From positions 5,184,001 to 5,248,000 of the forward strand of contig OZ251518.1 of assembly GCA_965242965.1 (NCBI GenBank): DNA of 64,000 bases. The letters run 5' to 3'. The translations under genes were made by a program, and so were the position numbers. Under the pieces are notes generated by a model. That model did no database searches. It had not been told where the DNA came from and worked only from the letters and a program-made list of their open reading frames with translations. Each line of letters opens with the position of its first letter. The stretch's first letter is position 1. Of this stretch, positions 52,009-62,367 are shown piece after piece. This DNA is from Candidatus Poribacteria bacterium (GTDB taxonomy: Bacteria > Poribacteria > WGA-4E > WGA-3G).

Positions 52009-52050
52009 GCGCGGGTGGCGGCCTTGTGGTTGCCGCCCGCGCTTTTTTTT
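52009..52050 (+). terminator. Rho-independent terminator
   Basis: GCGCGGGTGGCGGCC-TTGT-GGTTGCCGCCCGCGC hairpin followed by T8. Confidence 0.85.
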
Positions 52051-52082
52051 GTTGCGTTCGCGTTCGCAAACGCCCCCGATTA

Positions 52083-52560
52083 CCGTAGCGCGAGGGCCTG
52101 TCCCTCGCGATCGTCCGATCCCGCGAGGCGTTTTCATGGCCCGTAGCGCGAGGGCCTGTCCCTCGCGATCGTTGGGGTACGCGAACGATTCGCGCACCTC
52201 TGTAGTTCGGGAGCGCCTGCTCCCGAACGGTTCAAGAGCAGGTGCTCTTGAACTACAGAGGGGAGGGGGTCTGGCGCGCGGAACGATGGCGAGGGACAGG
52301 CCCTCGCCCTACGGTGAAAGGGGGCGTTCTGGATACCGTAGCGCGGGGGCCTGTCCCCCGAGATCTCCATCGTCACGATGCCCTCTTTAGGTCCTTTAGG
52401 ACCTTAATGTCTATAGAAACCCGTGTCGTCTCGTTGTCAAGGTCCTTTAGGTCCTTAATATGGAAAACACGCGATGCGTCGAAATCTATTAAGGACCTAA
52501 AGGACCTTAGCGTTCTTCGTATCGCGGCTGCTATAGACATTAAGGTCCTACGGACCTAAA
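52083..52560. repeat. REP array including the AGGTCC/CTATAG palindrome block
   Basis: A', D, A and B hairpins, then a block at 52385-52560 similar to 36385-36560. Confidence 0.85.
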
Positions 52561-52670
52561 GAGACGTTTTTTTCCGCAACCAAAATAACCTTGACAAAAA
52601 ACCTACACTTCTGTTAAAATAAATCATAACCAAGACATCGTCTTTTGACGATGCCAAAACACAGGAGGAA

Positions 52671-53213
52671 ATGAAAATGAAATGGATTTTAGGGTTACTC
52701 ATCGCGATGCTGATTGCATCCCCTGCAATTGCGCAAGTGACACGCGCAGAGGTCGAACAGATTGCCGCAGCATCCGACGCGCGCATCCTCGCCAAACTAG
52801 AAAAAATAAATGAAAAACTCGCCACGGTGGAAACCGACATCGCGGTGTTGAAAGCCTTACTCCACAAGACCGAAACCGAACTTAAGCAATACGTTAACCT
52901 TAAGTTTGATGCCTTGAATCGCGAACAGGCAGAACGCGATAAGCGCGTTGAGACAGAAATCCGCGGTCTCACTCGGCAGCTCTCCTTCGTGCAATTCTTA
53001 CTAGGCATCTTGGTAACAGGGCTCTTGACGGTGCTCCTCGCGTTCCTCAAAAATCAGTGGGATAAACGGAAGGAAGGCGACGAAAAACTCGGCGCACAGC
53101 AAAAGGAGTTAACGGAACAGCAAAAAGCGTTAGCGGAAAAACAATCCGAGATTGATGCCTTGCGCGCCGAAAATGAACGTATGAAAAATACATTGGATAG
53201 CGAGGTTCTGTAG
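52671..53213 (+). CDS. Hypothetical exported coiled-coil protein with a C-terminal TM helix
   Basis: Signal peptide ending PAIA-Q, heptad-like region, TM segment, GGAGG RBS, TTGACA/TAAAAT promoter at 52591-52620. Confidence 0.75.
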   Translation: MKMKWILGLLIAMLIASPAIAQVTRAEVEQIAAASDARILAKLEKINEKLATVETDIAVLKALLHKTETELKQYVNLKFDALNREQAERDKRVETEIRGLTRQLSFVQFLLGILVTGLLTVLLAFLKNQWDKRKEGDEKLGAQQKELTEQQKALAEKQSEIDALRAENERMKNTLDSEVL

Positions 53214-53710
53214 TTCGGGAGCGTCTGCTCCCGAACGGGTCAGGATCAGGCGCTCTTGCCCTACAGAGGGAGACACGTCATTTTCCGCGTAGCGCGGGGG
53301 CCTGTCCCCCGCGATCGTTCGATCGCGCGGACGATTCGCGCCACCACATTTGTAGTTCGGGAGCACCCGCTCCCGAAATGGATCAAGAGCAGGCGCTCTT
53401 GAACTACAGAGAAGAGGGGAGGAGGTCTGGTGCGCGGAACGATGGCGAGGGACAGGCCCTCGCCCTACGGTAAGGGGAGGCGGCCTTGGCAACCGTAGCG
53501 CGGGGGCCTGTCCCCCGCGATCGTTGTTGGTAGGAGAGACCTCCTGGTCTCGATGTTCCCATTCTGTAGTTCGGGAGCGCCCGCTCCCGAAACGGGTCAA
53601 GAGCAGGCGCTCTTGACCTACAGAGGGGAGGGAGTCTGGCGCGCGGAACGATGGCGAGGGAAACCCGCTCGCATGCGCGTGTGGCATCCGAGGGCCCTCG
53701 CCCTACAGTA
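53208..53710. repeat. REP array
   Basis: Three D-type doublets plus A, B and C hairpins. Confidence 0.85.
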
Positions 53711-53793
53711 AGGGATAGCGTTTCGTGCTCTCTTAATTATGATTCTGAAAAAATTTGCGATATATTCCGAATTTTGCTATACTATTTCATAAT

Positions 53794-53833
53794 GCAAAAC
53801 AGAGCAAAACAGAGCAAAACAGAGCAAAACAGA
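53794..53833 (+). repeat. 10-bp tandem repeat (GCAAAACAGA)x4
   Basis: Read directly; lies in the leader just before the GGAGG RBS. Confidence 0.9.
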
Positions 53834-53849
53834 TTTGGAGGGAAATTGC

Positions 53850-54821
53850 ATGAACAGACCCGAGAGAAAGTGGGACGACACCATTGTCCGCTACCCAGAT
53901 CCGGCGATTGAAGTCATTGACTCCCGGTTCGCGAAATACAAAATCGGCAATTCTGTTGTGGAACGGCTATGGACAGGCGCACGCTGGTCCGAAGGACCCG
54001 TCTGGTTCGGGGATGGCGGCTATTTGCTATGGAGCGATATCCCCAACAATCGCATCCTGAAATGGGAGGAAGCTACCGGTGAGGTGAGCGTCTATCGCCA
54101 GCCTTCTAATTATAGCAACGGCCACACCCGCGACCGGCAGGGGCGACTTATCAGTTGCGAGCACGGCGCACGACGCGTTACACGCACCGAATACGATGGC
54201 ACTATCACCGTGCTGATGGACAGTTTCAACGGAAAACCGCTCAATGCCCCGAACGATGTTGCCGTTCATCCCGATGGACATATCTGGTTCACCGACCCGG
54301 GCTACGGCATTATGCTCAACTACGAGGGACACAAAGCTGAGTTTGAACTGCCTACCTGCGTCTATCGCCTTAACCCCGACACCGGCGAGGCAACTGTCGT
54401 GACAGATAAACTGGAGAAACCGAACGGGCTCTGCTTCTCACCCGACTACACGAAACTTTACCTCGTTGACACCGGTGTCACGCACAAAGAGGGAACGCCG
54501 CGGCACCTCTTCGTCTACGATGTGGTGGACAACGCGCGGTTGAGAAATAAGCAGGTATTCTGTGATATGTCACCCGGTATCGCGGACGGCATCCGGTGCG
54601 ATATTGATGGGAATCTGTGGGCGAGTGCCGGTTGGGTAGGCGACGGTTACGATGGCGTGCATATCTTCGCGCCCGATGGCGCGCTCATCGGGAAGATTCA
54701 TCTGCCGGAAATCTGCTCGAACCTCTGCTTCGGCGGCGTAAAACGGAACCGACTGTTTATGACAGGCAGTCAGTCGCTCTACTCTGTCTATGTCGAAGCG
54801 CAAGGATTGCCGCTTTTCTAA
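53850..54821 (+). CDS. SMP-30/gluconolactonase family protein
   Basis: WSEGPVW, SDIP, NG.TRD, LNAPND, PNGLCFSPD, ADGIRCD. Confidence 0.9.
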   Translation: MNRPERKWDDTIVRYPDPAIEVIDSRFAKYKIGNSVVERLWTGARWSEGPVWFGDGGYLLWSDIPNNRILKWEEATGEVSVYRQPSNYSNGHTRDRQGRLISCEHGARRVTRTEYDGTITVLMDSFNGKPLNAPNDVAVHPDGHIWFTDPGYGIMLNYEGHKAEFELPTCVYRLNPDTGEATVVTDKLEKPNGLCFSPDYTKLYLVDTGVTHKEGTPRHLFVYDVVDNARLRNKQVFCDMSPGIADGIRCDIDGNLWASAGWVGDGYDGVHIFAPDGALIGKIHLPEICSNLCFGGVKRNRLFMTGSQSLYSVYVEAQGLPLF

Positions 54822-54858
54822 AAAAAGAAGGGGTTATTTTTTGACGCAGAGGCACACT

Positions 54859-55716
54859 ATGGCATCAATCCAACCCGCCGCCGAACGTATTGTGGATAAC
54901 AAAAAACTAGAATCCATTGATTGCCCGACGTGCGAGCGCGATGTCGCCGAACTGCTTTTCCGGAAGGATTCGCTGTCCATCGTTGCGTGCAAGGAGTGCG
55001 GTTTGCGGTATGTGAACCCTCGCCTCCGCCGCCAGACGTTGGAAGAGAATTACGTCGAAGACTACTATCCGCCGGAAAAAATTAACCGCATCCAAACCGA
55101 CACGATGGAATGGTTGCAGATGGCGGAACGGCTGGAGGAGTTGGAACAACACCTTCCAATGCGAGGAAGACTGCTGGATGTCGGATGCGGAATTGGAACG
55201 TTCCTGCACCTCGCATCCGAACGAGGCTGGACTCCACACGGTATTGAACCTTCAAAAAGCGGTGCCGCCTTCGCAAAAGAGAATTATCAACTGGACGTGC
55301 AGTGCGGAGCTCTCTGCGATGCCGATTTTCCGACAGCGCATTTTGATGCAATCACGGCTTATCACGTGTTGGAGCACATCTCGGAGTTAAACCCGTTTCT
55401 CGGCGAGTTGCGGCGGATTTTGAAACCGCAGACAGGGAAACTTGTCATTGAGGTGCCGAACGGTGGCAGTCTGCAGAGCCTGCTTCAGAAAGCGGATTGG
55501 CCCTATGTCCACCCCCGCGACCATCTCTACTATTTTTCCGTGCGCACGTTGCCAAAACTGCTGAGGAAACACGGATTTGGAGAGTTCGCTTTGGGCAAAC
55601 CGCGGCGTGTGAGTCCCAAGAAAGGCACCAGTGTCGCGCTTCGCGGCGCGACGACAGCGATGCTCGTCCGCCTCCATCTCGGCACCGTCATTCGCGTCTA
55701 TGCGAGTTGTTCGTAG
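54859..55716 (+). CDS. Class I SAM-dependent methyltransferase with an N-terminal zinc ribbon
   Basis: CPTC/CKECG, LLDVGCGIG, HVLEH, EVPN, HLYYF. Confidence 0.85.
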   Translation: MASIQPAAERIVDNKKLESIDCPTCERDVAELLFRKDSLSIVACKECGLRYVNPRLRRQTLEENYVEDYYPPEKINRIQTDTMEWLQMAERLEELEQHLPMRGRLLDVGCGIGTFLHLASERGWTPHGIEPSKSGAAFAKENYQLDVQCGALCDADFPTAHFDAITAYHVLEHISELNPFLGELRRILKPQTGKLVIEVPNGGSLQSLLQKADWPYVHPRDHLYYFSVRTLPKLLRKHGFGEFALGKPRRVSPKKGTSVALRGATTAMLVRLHLGTVIRVYASCS

Positions 55717-55770
55717 TTCGCGATGCGTTCGTTAGGTTTGGTTTGAGACCGCGCATCAACGCACGCGCGC

Positions 55771-56259
55771 CTACCGAGAAATGGAAAAGGTCTGAATGAC
55801 ATCGTTCATGAGTAGCCTATTGGCGATGGTTTCAAGCAACGCGGCATTCAGCGCGCCGGTGAGCCAATATTTATGTCCTGTGCGGATAGCGTTGACACCC
55901 GTGATGCCCAGGTCTTTGATGCCTTTGACGGTGCTATCGCCGACAGCATCGGTGACACCGGGTTTGAATTGCACCTCAATAGTCCAGGCATCGGTTGCGG
56001 TGGGATTTGTGTTCCCGCTATTACCGGCATTGGGAAGCTGCACGGCGGAATATGTCTGCGTTATCGCATCGGCGAGCAGTTCCGTGCTAATTCTATTGAT
56101 AGTTTGCGCGTCAAGCGCGCCTTCAAGCCAGAACAGCGTTGCCGTTCGCACGGACGCAACGCCGCGAATCCCGAGGTCTGCAATATCCTCAAGGATGCCC
56201 TGTCCGACGGTGTCAGGGACTTCCGGTTTATAGTAGACTTCAATTTTCCAGTTTTGCAT
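55771..56259 (-). CDS. purS: Tandem PurS-like domain protein (FGAM synthase PurS-type subunit)
   Basis: Two repeats of IEV..KP.V.D.VG......I.DLGI.GV...RT...LL...I.QT. Confidence 0.65.
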   Translation of the reverse strand: MQNWKIEVYYKPEVPDTVGQGILEDIADLGIRGVASVRTATLFWLEGALDAQTINRISTELLADAITQTYSAVQLPNAGNSGNTNPTATDAWTIEVQFKPGVTDAVGDSTVKGIKDLGITGVNAIRTGHKYWLTGALNAALLETIANRLLMNDVIQTFSISR

Positions 56260-56326
56260 AGTTTTTTATGATATTGTAGGGCGTGGTTCTGTCCGCTGCC
56301 ACGCGCCGGTCTTCTCATTAATGGAG

Positions 56327-56652
56327 ATCGCGAGGGACAGGCCCTCGCCCTACGGTGACGTGCCGTTTTTTCCCCGTAGCGCGGGGGCCTGTCCCCCGCG
56401 AGCGTTGAATTGCGCGAGAACGATGGCGAGGGAAACCCGCTCGGATGCGCGTGTGGCATCCGAGGGCCCTCGCCCTACGGTGAGAGGGAGGCGTTTTTTC
56501 CCCGTAGCGCGGGGGCCTGTCCCCCGAGATCGTTGGAGTGCGCGAGAACGTTCGCGAGGGAAACCCGCTCGCATGCGCGTATGGCATCCGAGGGCCCTCG
56601 CCCTACGGAATCCTGATAGACGTTCGCGAGGGACAGGCCCTCGCGCTACGGA
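56327..56652. repeat. REP array
   Basis: A and B hairpins with nested-loop variants. Confidence 0.85.
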
Positions 56653-56710
56653 ATCCCAGAGAAACATGAAACAACCAGAAATGTCAATCAACGCTTTGCA
56701 ACAATCCAAA

Positions 56711-57532
56711 ATGCCCAAGCAACCGGTCCGCGTTTTAGTTTTCGGCGCGCATCCCGATGATTGCGATATGCAAGCGGGAGGTGTCGCCGCCTTGTATACG
56801 CAACAGGGACACTGCGTGAAATTTGTCTCCGTTACCAACGGCGATGCCGGGCACCACGAAATGGGAGGTGGCCCCTTGGCGCGCCGCAGAGCCGCCGAAG
56901 CGCAAGCCGCCGCGGAAGTCATCGGCATTGAGTATGAATTGCTTGATAATCACGATGGCGAACTCATGCCGACGTTAGAGAACCGCTATCAAATCATTCG
57001 CACTATCCGTGAGTTTCAGCCAGATCTGGTGATGACGCACAGACCGAATGATTATCACCCAGACCATCGGTATACCTCAACGCTGGTGCAGGATGCGGCG
57101 TATATGGTGACGGTGCCGAACTTATGCGCGCTCACACCGCATCTGGAGAAAAATCCGGTCATCGCCTATCTGAACGACCGGTTTATGAAACCTTATCCGT
57201 TTACGCCGGATGTCGCTGTCGGCATTGACGCGGTGGTTGAGCAGAAAATCGACATGCTGCATCGCCACACCTCGCAACTCTACGAATGGCTGCCCTACAA
57301 CAGCGGCACTTTAGCCGATGTTCCGGAAGGAGAAGAAGCGCGTCGCGCGTGGCTGGCGAACAGGTTGTTAACCCGGTTCCACGGCATCGCGGAGAAACAC
57401 CGCGCGCTGCTGGTTTCTCTCTATGGAGAAGAAGTCGGGCACGAAATCCGATACGCCGAAGTCTTTGAGGGATGCGAATACGGGGCTCCGCTCACCGCGG
57501 AAAATATCCCTACGCTTTTCCCGTTTTTTTGA
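56711..57532 (+). CDS. PIG-L/LmbE family deacetylase
   Basis: GAHPDD, VTNGDAG, DYHPDH. Start uncertain (56666, 56681 or 56711). Confidence 0.88.
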   Translation: MPKQPVRVLVFGAHPDDCDMQAGGVAALYTQQGHCVKFVSVTNGDAGHHEMGGGPLARRRAAEAQAAAEVIGIEYELLDNHDGELMPTLENRYQIIRTIREFQPDLVMTHRPNDYHPDHRYTSTLVQDAAYMVTVPNLCALTPHLEKNPVIAYLNDRFMKPYPFTPDVAVGIDAVVEQKIDMLHRHTSQLYEWLPYNSGTLADVPEGEEARRAWLANRLLTRFHGIAEKHRALLVSLYGEEVGHEIRYAEVFEGCEYGAPLTAENIPTLFPFF

Positions 57533-57594
57533 ACATAACAAAAACAGAGTGATTCAGTTCTCCACGGAGACTGAATAGTCCTGAGTCTTGACAA

Positions 57595-57731
57595 CTGTAG
57601 GGCAGGATCGCCTGATCCTGACCCCGTTCGAGATCGGGCGATCTCGAACTACAGAGGTGGGCCCAATGCCTTTCGGTATTCGCCCTCCCGCAAGGGGGAT
57701 AACTACCGAAACGGAGTTATGAAACACCCGC
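57595..57731. mobile_element. Truncated REP mosaic E15 (E4-type end in reverse orientation)
   Basis: CCGAAACGGAGTTATGAAACACCCGC ending at 57731. Confidence 0.75.
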
Positions 57732-57802
57732 AATATAAACGTTAGAGTCTCGGTGATGTCCACCGAACGCATTGCGAAAAACAAAAAAGCGAAAAACAAA
57801 AA

Positions 57803-58063
57803 ATGCCAACAGAAGAAGCCAGTCCCCGAACGCTCATGGTTATCGTCTGCATCATCGGTCTGATTTTTGCGATTGTGATGGTAATCCTCTTTTTCAACGC
57901 CGCTCCAGCACGCTCAAACATAGAGGTGCATCGGCAATCGGCGGAGGATGCCGCATGCCTCAAATGCCATTTGAAAGGCGACGAAAAGTCACCGACGATG
58001 CCGCATCTTGACCTGGGCAATTGCAACTTGTGCCACGGGCTATCAAAAGAGCCGCCGCGCTAA
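57803..58063 (+). CDS. Small membrane-anchored dihaem c-type cytochrome
   Basis: N-terminal TM helix; CLKCH and CNLCH motifs. Confidence 0.7.
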   Translation: MPTEEASPRTLMVIVCIIGLIFAIVMVILFFNAAPARSNIEVHRQSAEDAACLKCHLKGDEKSPTMPHLDLGNCNLCHGLSKEPPR

Positions 58064-58927
58064 AACCGCAACCCACGTGATGCAGTCTTCTGCCTCGCGC
58101 ACAACCTGCAGACATTGGAAACCGCGCGCCTCCAAAACGGATTTGATTTGGCAGAACTCCGTATCCAGAATCCCAGAGAAAATGACGTGCCCTTCAGGAT
58201 GCAGGCGAGAGGCGCAATCCGGGATGATAGGAAGAATCGCCTTCGTCAAAATATTGCCGACGATGAGGTGATAGATGCCTCGCTGTTCCTTGAGTCCATC
58301 GCCTTGCAAGAGCCGCACCTGCGCATTAACATCGTTCTGACGAAAATTGGATGCTGCCACAGGTATCGCCGTTGCATCGAGTTCAATGGCATCAACCTGT
58401 TTTGCTCCTAACTTGACAGCGGCGATTGCCAAGATGCCAGACCCGGTGCCAATATCGGCAACGTCGTAGTCTGGTTTCACTGCGTCCTCCAACAATTCGA
58501 GAGAGAGTCGAGTCGTTGGATGGTAACCCGTGCCGAATGCCATGCCCGGGTCCAGCCGAATCAAGATGTCCGCGTCGGCAGGCACAATATCCTCCCACGT
58601 CGGTGCGATGAGGAACCGTTTTCCGATGCGCTGCGGAGGGAAGGCGGCTTTCCATGCTTCCTCCCACGCCTCGGATTCTATGTGTTTGAGCGAAATCTGC
58701 GCCGGTAGCGGCTCAATTCCCCATGCCGGAAGTTGCGAAAGAAAATCGCGCAACTGCTGCACCTTCGCGCCGACGCTGTCATCCAGCGGATAGTAGGCGA
58801 TGAGACAGGTTGTCACCGCCGAACCGGTTTTGAACTCAACGCCGTGCGCTTTCAATTCAAACAGATAGTTCGCGACCGCGTCGGCTGCTTCTTGAGAAGT
58901 GGTTATCGTGAGTTGTGCCCAGTGCAT
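58043..58927 (-). CDS. prmA: Ribosomal protein L11 methyltransferase
   Basis: LDPGMAFGTGYHPTT, DIGTGSGILAI, NI, SGI. Confidence 0.93.
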   Translation of the reverse strand: MHWAQLTITTSQEAADAVANYLFELKAHGVEFKTGSAVTTCLIAYYPLDDSVGAKVQQLRDFLSQLPAWGIEPLPAQISLKHIESEAWEEAWKAAFPPQRIGKRFLIAPTWEDIVPADADILIRLDPGMAFGTGYHPTTRLSLELLEDAVKPDYDVADIGTGSGILAIAAVKLGAKQVDAIELDATAIPVAASNFRQNDVNAQVRLLQGDGLKEQRGIYHLIVGNILTKAILPIIPDCASRLHPEGHVIFSGILDTEFCQIKSVLEARGFQCLQVVREAEDCITWVAVLARRLF

Positions 58928-58954
58928 ATTTTCTATATTGCGTCGCCTTCAATT

Positions 58955-59893
58955 TTATTTCACCTTGACGATGAGGAGCTCGTGGGATTGCTTGACATAC
59001 CCTGTGCCATTCTTGATGCGTTTTTTGCCGATACGGGTTTCGCCTTGCCCCAACGTGTATTGCCATTCCACCGTGAGGATTCGGAAATCGGCGTACCACC
59101 GTCGGATCGTCTCGCAGTCGTTATAGGAGAGGACGAAACCGCCGTTGTGCGCGTGAAGCAGGTCGCGTAGCACCTCGTGCTTAAAACCGTTATGATGCAC
59201 CGGAAAATTCCGCTGCGGATAAATCCCCTTGAACATCTTCCCCTCATCAAGGTAATAAGGCGGATCGCAGTAGAGGAACTCTCCCGGGTGCCGAGGAATA
59301 GTTTCCTCGAAACTTCCGTGTTGCACAGATAACAGAGGACATTGGAAATTGCGCACCGTCTTTACCGCGCGGGCATATTTCCCCGGCGACTCATAAATTT
59401 TCGACATCCAACCGAGGAAACCGGGTCCGTAGGAAAGATTGTGGTTAAACCAGTAGTGCGCCGCCAATTCTAGCGGATTCTCGATGCGGTTTTCGTTTTT
59501 CCAATGCGCTTTGAGTCTGTGCTTAATCTCAGCGTATTGTGCTTTCGTGGGGTGCCACTGTGCCAGCCTCTCCGCAAGTTGTTCGCCTGACGTGAGTTGC
59601 ACCTGCCAATAGTTGACAAGGATATTGAAGATGTCATACGCTTGCACTTGCATGCTGAGTTCTGCAGCACAGGCAATTTCGACCGCGCCGCCGCCGATAA
59701 ACGGGGAGACCAGCTTCTCTAAACCATCGGGCATTTGTTCCACGACGTGCCCCACGCCAAGACTTTTCCCACCGGCATAACGCAGCGGAAGCCCTTTGTA
59801 ACGCGCGTATTTATACGTGCCTTGACTTCTCAGCGATTCTAAAAATAGCACTCTCAAAGAGGTGCCAAAAAGGTCTGGGTAGTTCTCTTGCAT
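58955..59893 (-). CDS. Dam-like (D12 class) DNA adenine methyltransferase, apparently orphan
   Basis: PLRYAGGKS, SPFIGGG, YCDPPY, LSYND. Confidence 0.88.
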   Translation of the reverse strand: MQENYPDLFGTSLRVLFLESLRSQGTYKYARYKGLPLRYAGGKSLGVGHVVEQMPDGLEKLVSPFIGGGAVEIACAAELSMQVQAYDIFNILVNYWQVQLTSGEQLAERLAQWHPTKAQYAEIKHRLKAHWKNENRIENPLELAAHYWFNHNLSYGPGFLGWMSKIYESPGKYARAVKTVRNFQCPLLSVQHGSFEETIPRHPGEFLYCDPPYYLDEGKMFKGIYPQRNFPVHHNGFKHEVLRDLLHAHNGGFVLSYNDCETIRRWYADFRILTVEWQYTLGQGETRIGKKRIKNGTGYVKQSHELLIVKVK

Positions 59894-59946
59894 CTTGGAT
59901 TCCTATGCTTGGCGCGTTGTCTTGACGCTGTCTCGATTTTTCTCTA

Positions 59947-60430
59947 TCGCAGGGCGGGGGCCTGTCCCCCGCAGGCAGTAATCGAGACCAGGAGGTCTCT
60001 CCTACGGCCTTCTCTATCGTAGGGCGGGGGCCTGTCCCCCGCCATGCTCCGAGTAATCGAGACCGGGAGGTCTCTCCTACGGCCTTCTGTACCGTAGGGC
60101 GGGGGCCTGTCCCCCGCCATGCTCCGAGTTGCCTAGTGATGACGATCGCGAGGGACAGGCCCTCGCGCTACGGTAGATGAGAATTATGATAAACCGCGAG
60201 GGACAGGCCAGTAGGAGAGACCTCCTGGTCTCGATGCGGTTGCTCGCGAGGGACAGGCCCTCGCGCTACGGCAGATGAGAATTATGATAAACGATCGCGA
60301 GGGACAGGCCCTCGCGCTACGGTAGATGACAGTCATGATAAACGATCGCGAGGGACAGGCCCTCGCGCTACGGAAAATGAGAATTATGATAAACGATCGC
60401 GAGGGACAGGCCCTCGCGCTACGGTAGACG
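59947..60430. repeat. REP tandem arrays (B'/C units, then ~51-bp A' units)
   Basis: CGCGAGGGACAGGCCCTCGCGCTACGG five times with near-identical linkers. Confidence 0.85.
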
Positions 60431-60444
60431 AGAATTATTAGACA

Positions 60445-61575
60445 CTACGCCGGGTCTTCATCGGCCGAATCATTGTGGCGAAAGATTCTGTCCCAGAAAC
60501 CACCCTCCTCCGCTTCAGTAGTTTCCCCCAAGGACACTGCAAATTCTTCCAACTTTTTGCGTTGCGTTTCGGTGAGGTGCCGCGGCGTTTCAATTTCGAT
60601 GCTGACAACTAAGTCGCCGGCAGAGGAGCGTTTATAGTGCGGGATGCCTTTACCCGGAATCCGCAGTTGCGCGCCGTATTGCGTGCCAACCGGAATCCGT
60701 AACTCTTCGGTGCCATCAATACCCTCCACCTTAATTTTCCCTCCTAACGCCGCTTGGACGAAGGAGATGCGCGCGGAGGTAACCAGATCGTTTCCTACCC
60801 GTTGGAAGCGCGTGTGTGGCAGCACGTTGATAATCACGAACAGGTCACCCGGGGGGGCACCGTGGGCACCTGCTTCGCCTTCGCCGCGCAACTGATATTT
60901 GAAACCGCTCTCAACCCCTTTGTCAACGTGCAGCGGAATATCGCGCTTGACGCGGATAAGTCCCTGTCCGTTACAAGGCTGACAAGGTTCGGTAATGATT
61001 TCACCTTCGCCGTGGCAACGCGGACAGGTGCGGGACATCGTGAAAAACCCCTGCGAGTGCGTGACCTGTCCTCTGCCATAGCATTCGGGGCATCTGTCAA
61101 TGCTTGAACCTTTCTTCGCGCCGGTGCCCTTACACGTAGGACAAGCTTCGATTCGCGGTACCGGCAGCGTCACCTCTTTGCCGGCGATGACATCTTCAAG
61201 CGTGATCTCGAGGTTGTATTGCAAGCTGCGTCCGCGCTTCGGCGCGCGCTGCGCTCCGCCGAATCCACCGAGAATCTCGCCGAAAACATCTCCGAAAATA
61301 TCATCAAGGTTGACACCAAAGCCGCCGTAATTGCCGCCGACACTTCCCTCCACGCCGGCATGTCCGAACTGGTTGTAACGGCCCCGTTTTTCAGGGTTGC
61401 TGAGCACCTCGTATGCTTCAGTGGCTTCCTTGAATTTATCTTCAGCCGCTTTGTCACCCGGATTCTTATCTGGATGATATTTAATCGCGAGTTTCCGGTA
61501 AGCCTTCTTAATCTCGTTATCATCTGCACTGCGGCTAACAGCCAGAATCTCGTAATAGTCGCGTTTTTGCGTCAT
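60445..61575 (-). CDS. dnaJ: Chaperone DnaJ
   Basis: J-domain HPD, G/F-rich region, four CxxCxGxG repeats. Confidence 0.96.
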   Translation of the reverse strand: MTQKRDYYEILAVSRSADDNEIKKAYRKLAIKYHPDKNPGDKAAEDKFKEATEAYEVLSNPEKRGRYNQFGHAGVEGSVGGNYGGFGVNLDDIFGDVFGEILGGFGGAQRAPKRGRSLQYNLEITLEDVIAGKEVTLPVPRIEACPTCKGTGAKKGSSIDRCPECYGRGQVTHSQGFFTMSRTCPRCHGEGEIITEPCQPCNGQGLIRVKRDIPLHVDKGVESGFKYQLRGEGEAGAHGAPPGDLFVIINVLPHTRFQRVGNDLVTSARISFVQAALGGKIKVEGIDGTEELRIPVGTQYGAQLRIPGKGIPHYKRSSAGDLVVSIEIETPRHLTETQRKKLEEFAVSLGETTEAEEGGFWDRIFRHNDSADEDPA

Positions 61576-61626
61576 GAAAGTTCACCTTCTGTAAAAATAG
61601 GCGATGGCGAGGGAGCGGCCCACGCC

Positions 61627-62346
61627 CTACGTTTCGTCAGTGTCGTTGTCATCGGTTTCAGGCGCAGGTTCTTCCGCCGCTGCGGGGCCCTGAGAGACAA
61701 CAACTTGGGAAGCGCGAAGGACGCGAGCATGCAACTGATACCCGCGCTGATATTCCTCAACAACCTTGCCTTCCGGCACCTCATCCGATGGCATGGCGAG
61801 AATGGCTTGATGCTGACCCGGGTCGAACGTTTCACCGAGTGCTTCAATCGGCGTGAGCCCGTGGATTTTGAGGGCATCGAGCAGCTGCTTCTGAACGAGT
61901 TGCACACCTTCGCTGAAGGTAGCAAATTCGGTGTCGGTATCGGCATCGGTATCGTCAATGTTCACTTTTTCAGCGATGCTTTTAATCGCCGCCTCCAGGC
62001 TATCTAACACGGGGATAAGCCCTTCCAGCAGTGCTTCATTGGCATATTGGAGTTTCCGCTCCGTTTCTGCCGCCACCCGTCTTTTGGCGTTTTCTGCCTC
62101 GGCGGCGGTGCGGAGGAGGCGTTCGCGCTCCGCCTCATATTGCTCGCGCGCCTCTACCGCAACCGCCTCCAACTTCTCGCGATACTCCGATTTGAGCGTA
62201 TTGAGTTCCGCCTCCACGGTTTCAAGCGTTCGTTCTTCCGGTGCCTCGCAAGTCTCCTCTGTCGTTGTCTCCGGGGCATCTTCACACTCCGAAGCCTCTG
62301 GGGTATCAACTACGATTTCTATGGGTATCTCTTTAACGTCAGACAT
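61627..62346 (-). CDS. grpE: Nucleotide exchange factor GrpE
   Basis: LR.AAEAEN.KRR, FDP..HQA, QRGY.L..RVLR.S.V.VS. Confidence 0.94.
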   Translation of the reverse strand: MSDVKEIPIEIVVDTPEASECEDAPETTTEETCEAPEERTLETVEAELNTLKSEYREKLEAVAVEAREQYEAERERLLRTAAEAENAKRRVAAETERKLQYANEALLEGLIPVLDSLEAAIKSIAEKVNIDDTDADTDTEFATFSEGVQLVQKQLLDALKIHGLTPIEALGETFDPGQHQAILAMPSDEVPEGKVVEEYQRGYQLHARVLRASQVVVSQGPAAAEEPAPETDDNDTDET

Positions 62347-62367
62347 TGTCTATCCTTTGTTTAGTTC

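Noticed and set aside
60140-60430. CRISPR-like array of ~28-bp palindromic repeats
   Set aside because: The spacers are near-identical to each other, the repeat is the dispersed REP, and there are no cas genes.
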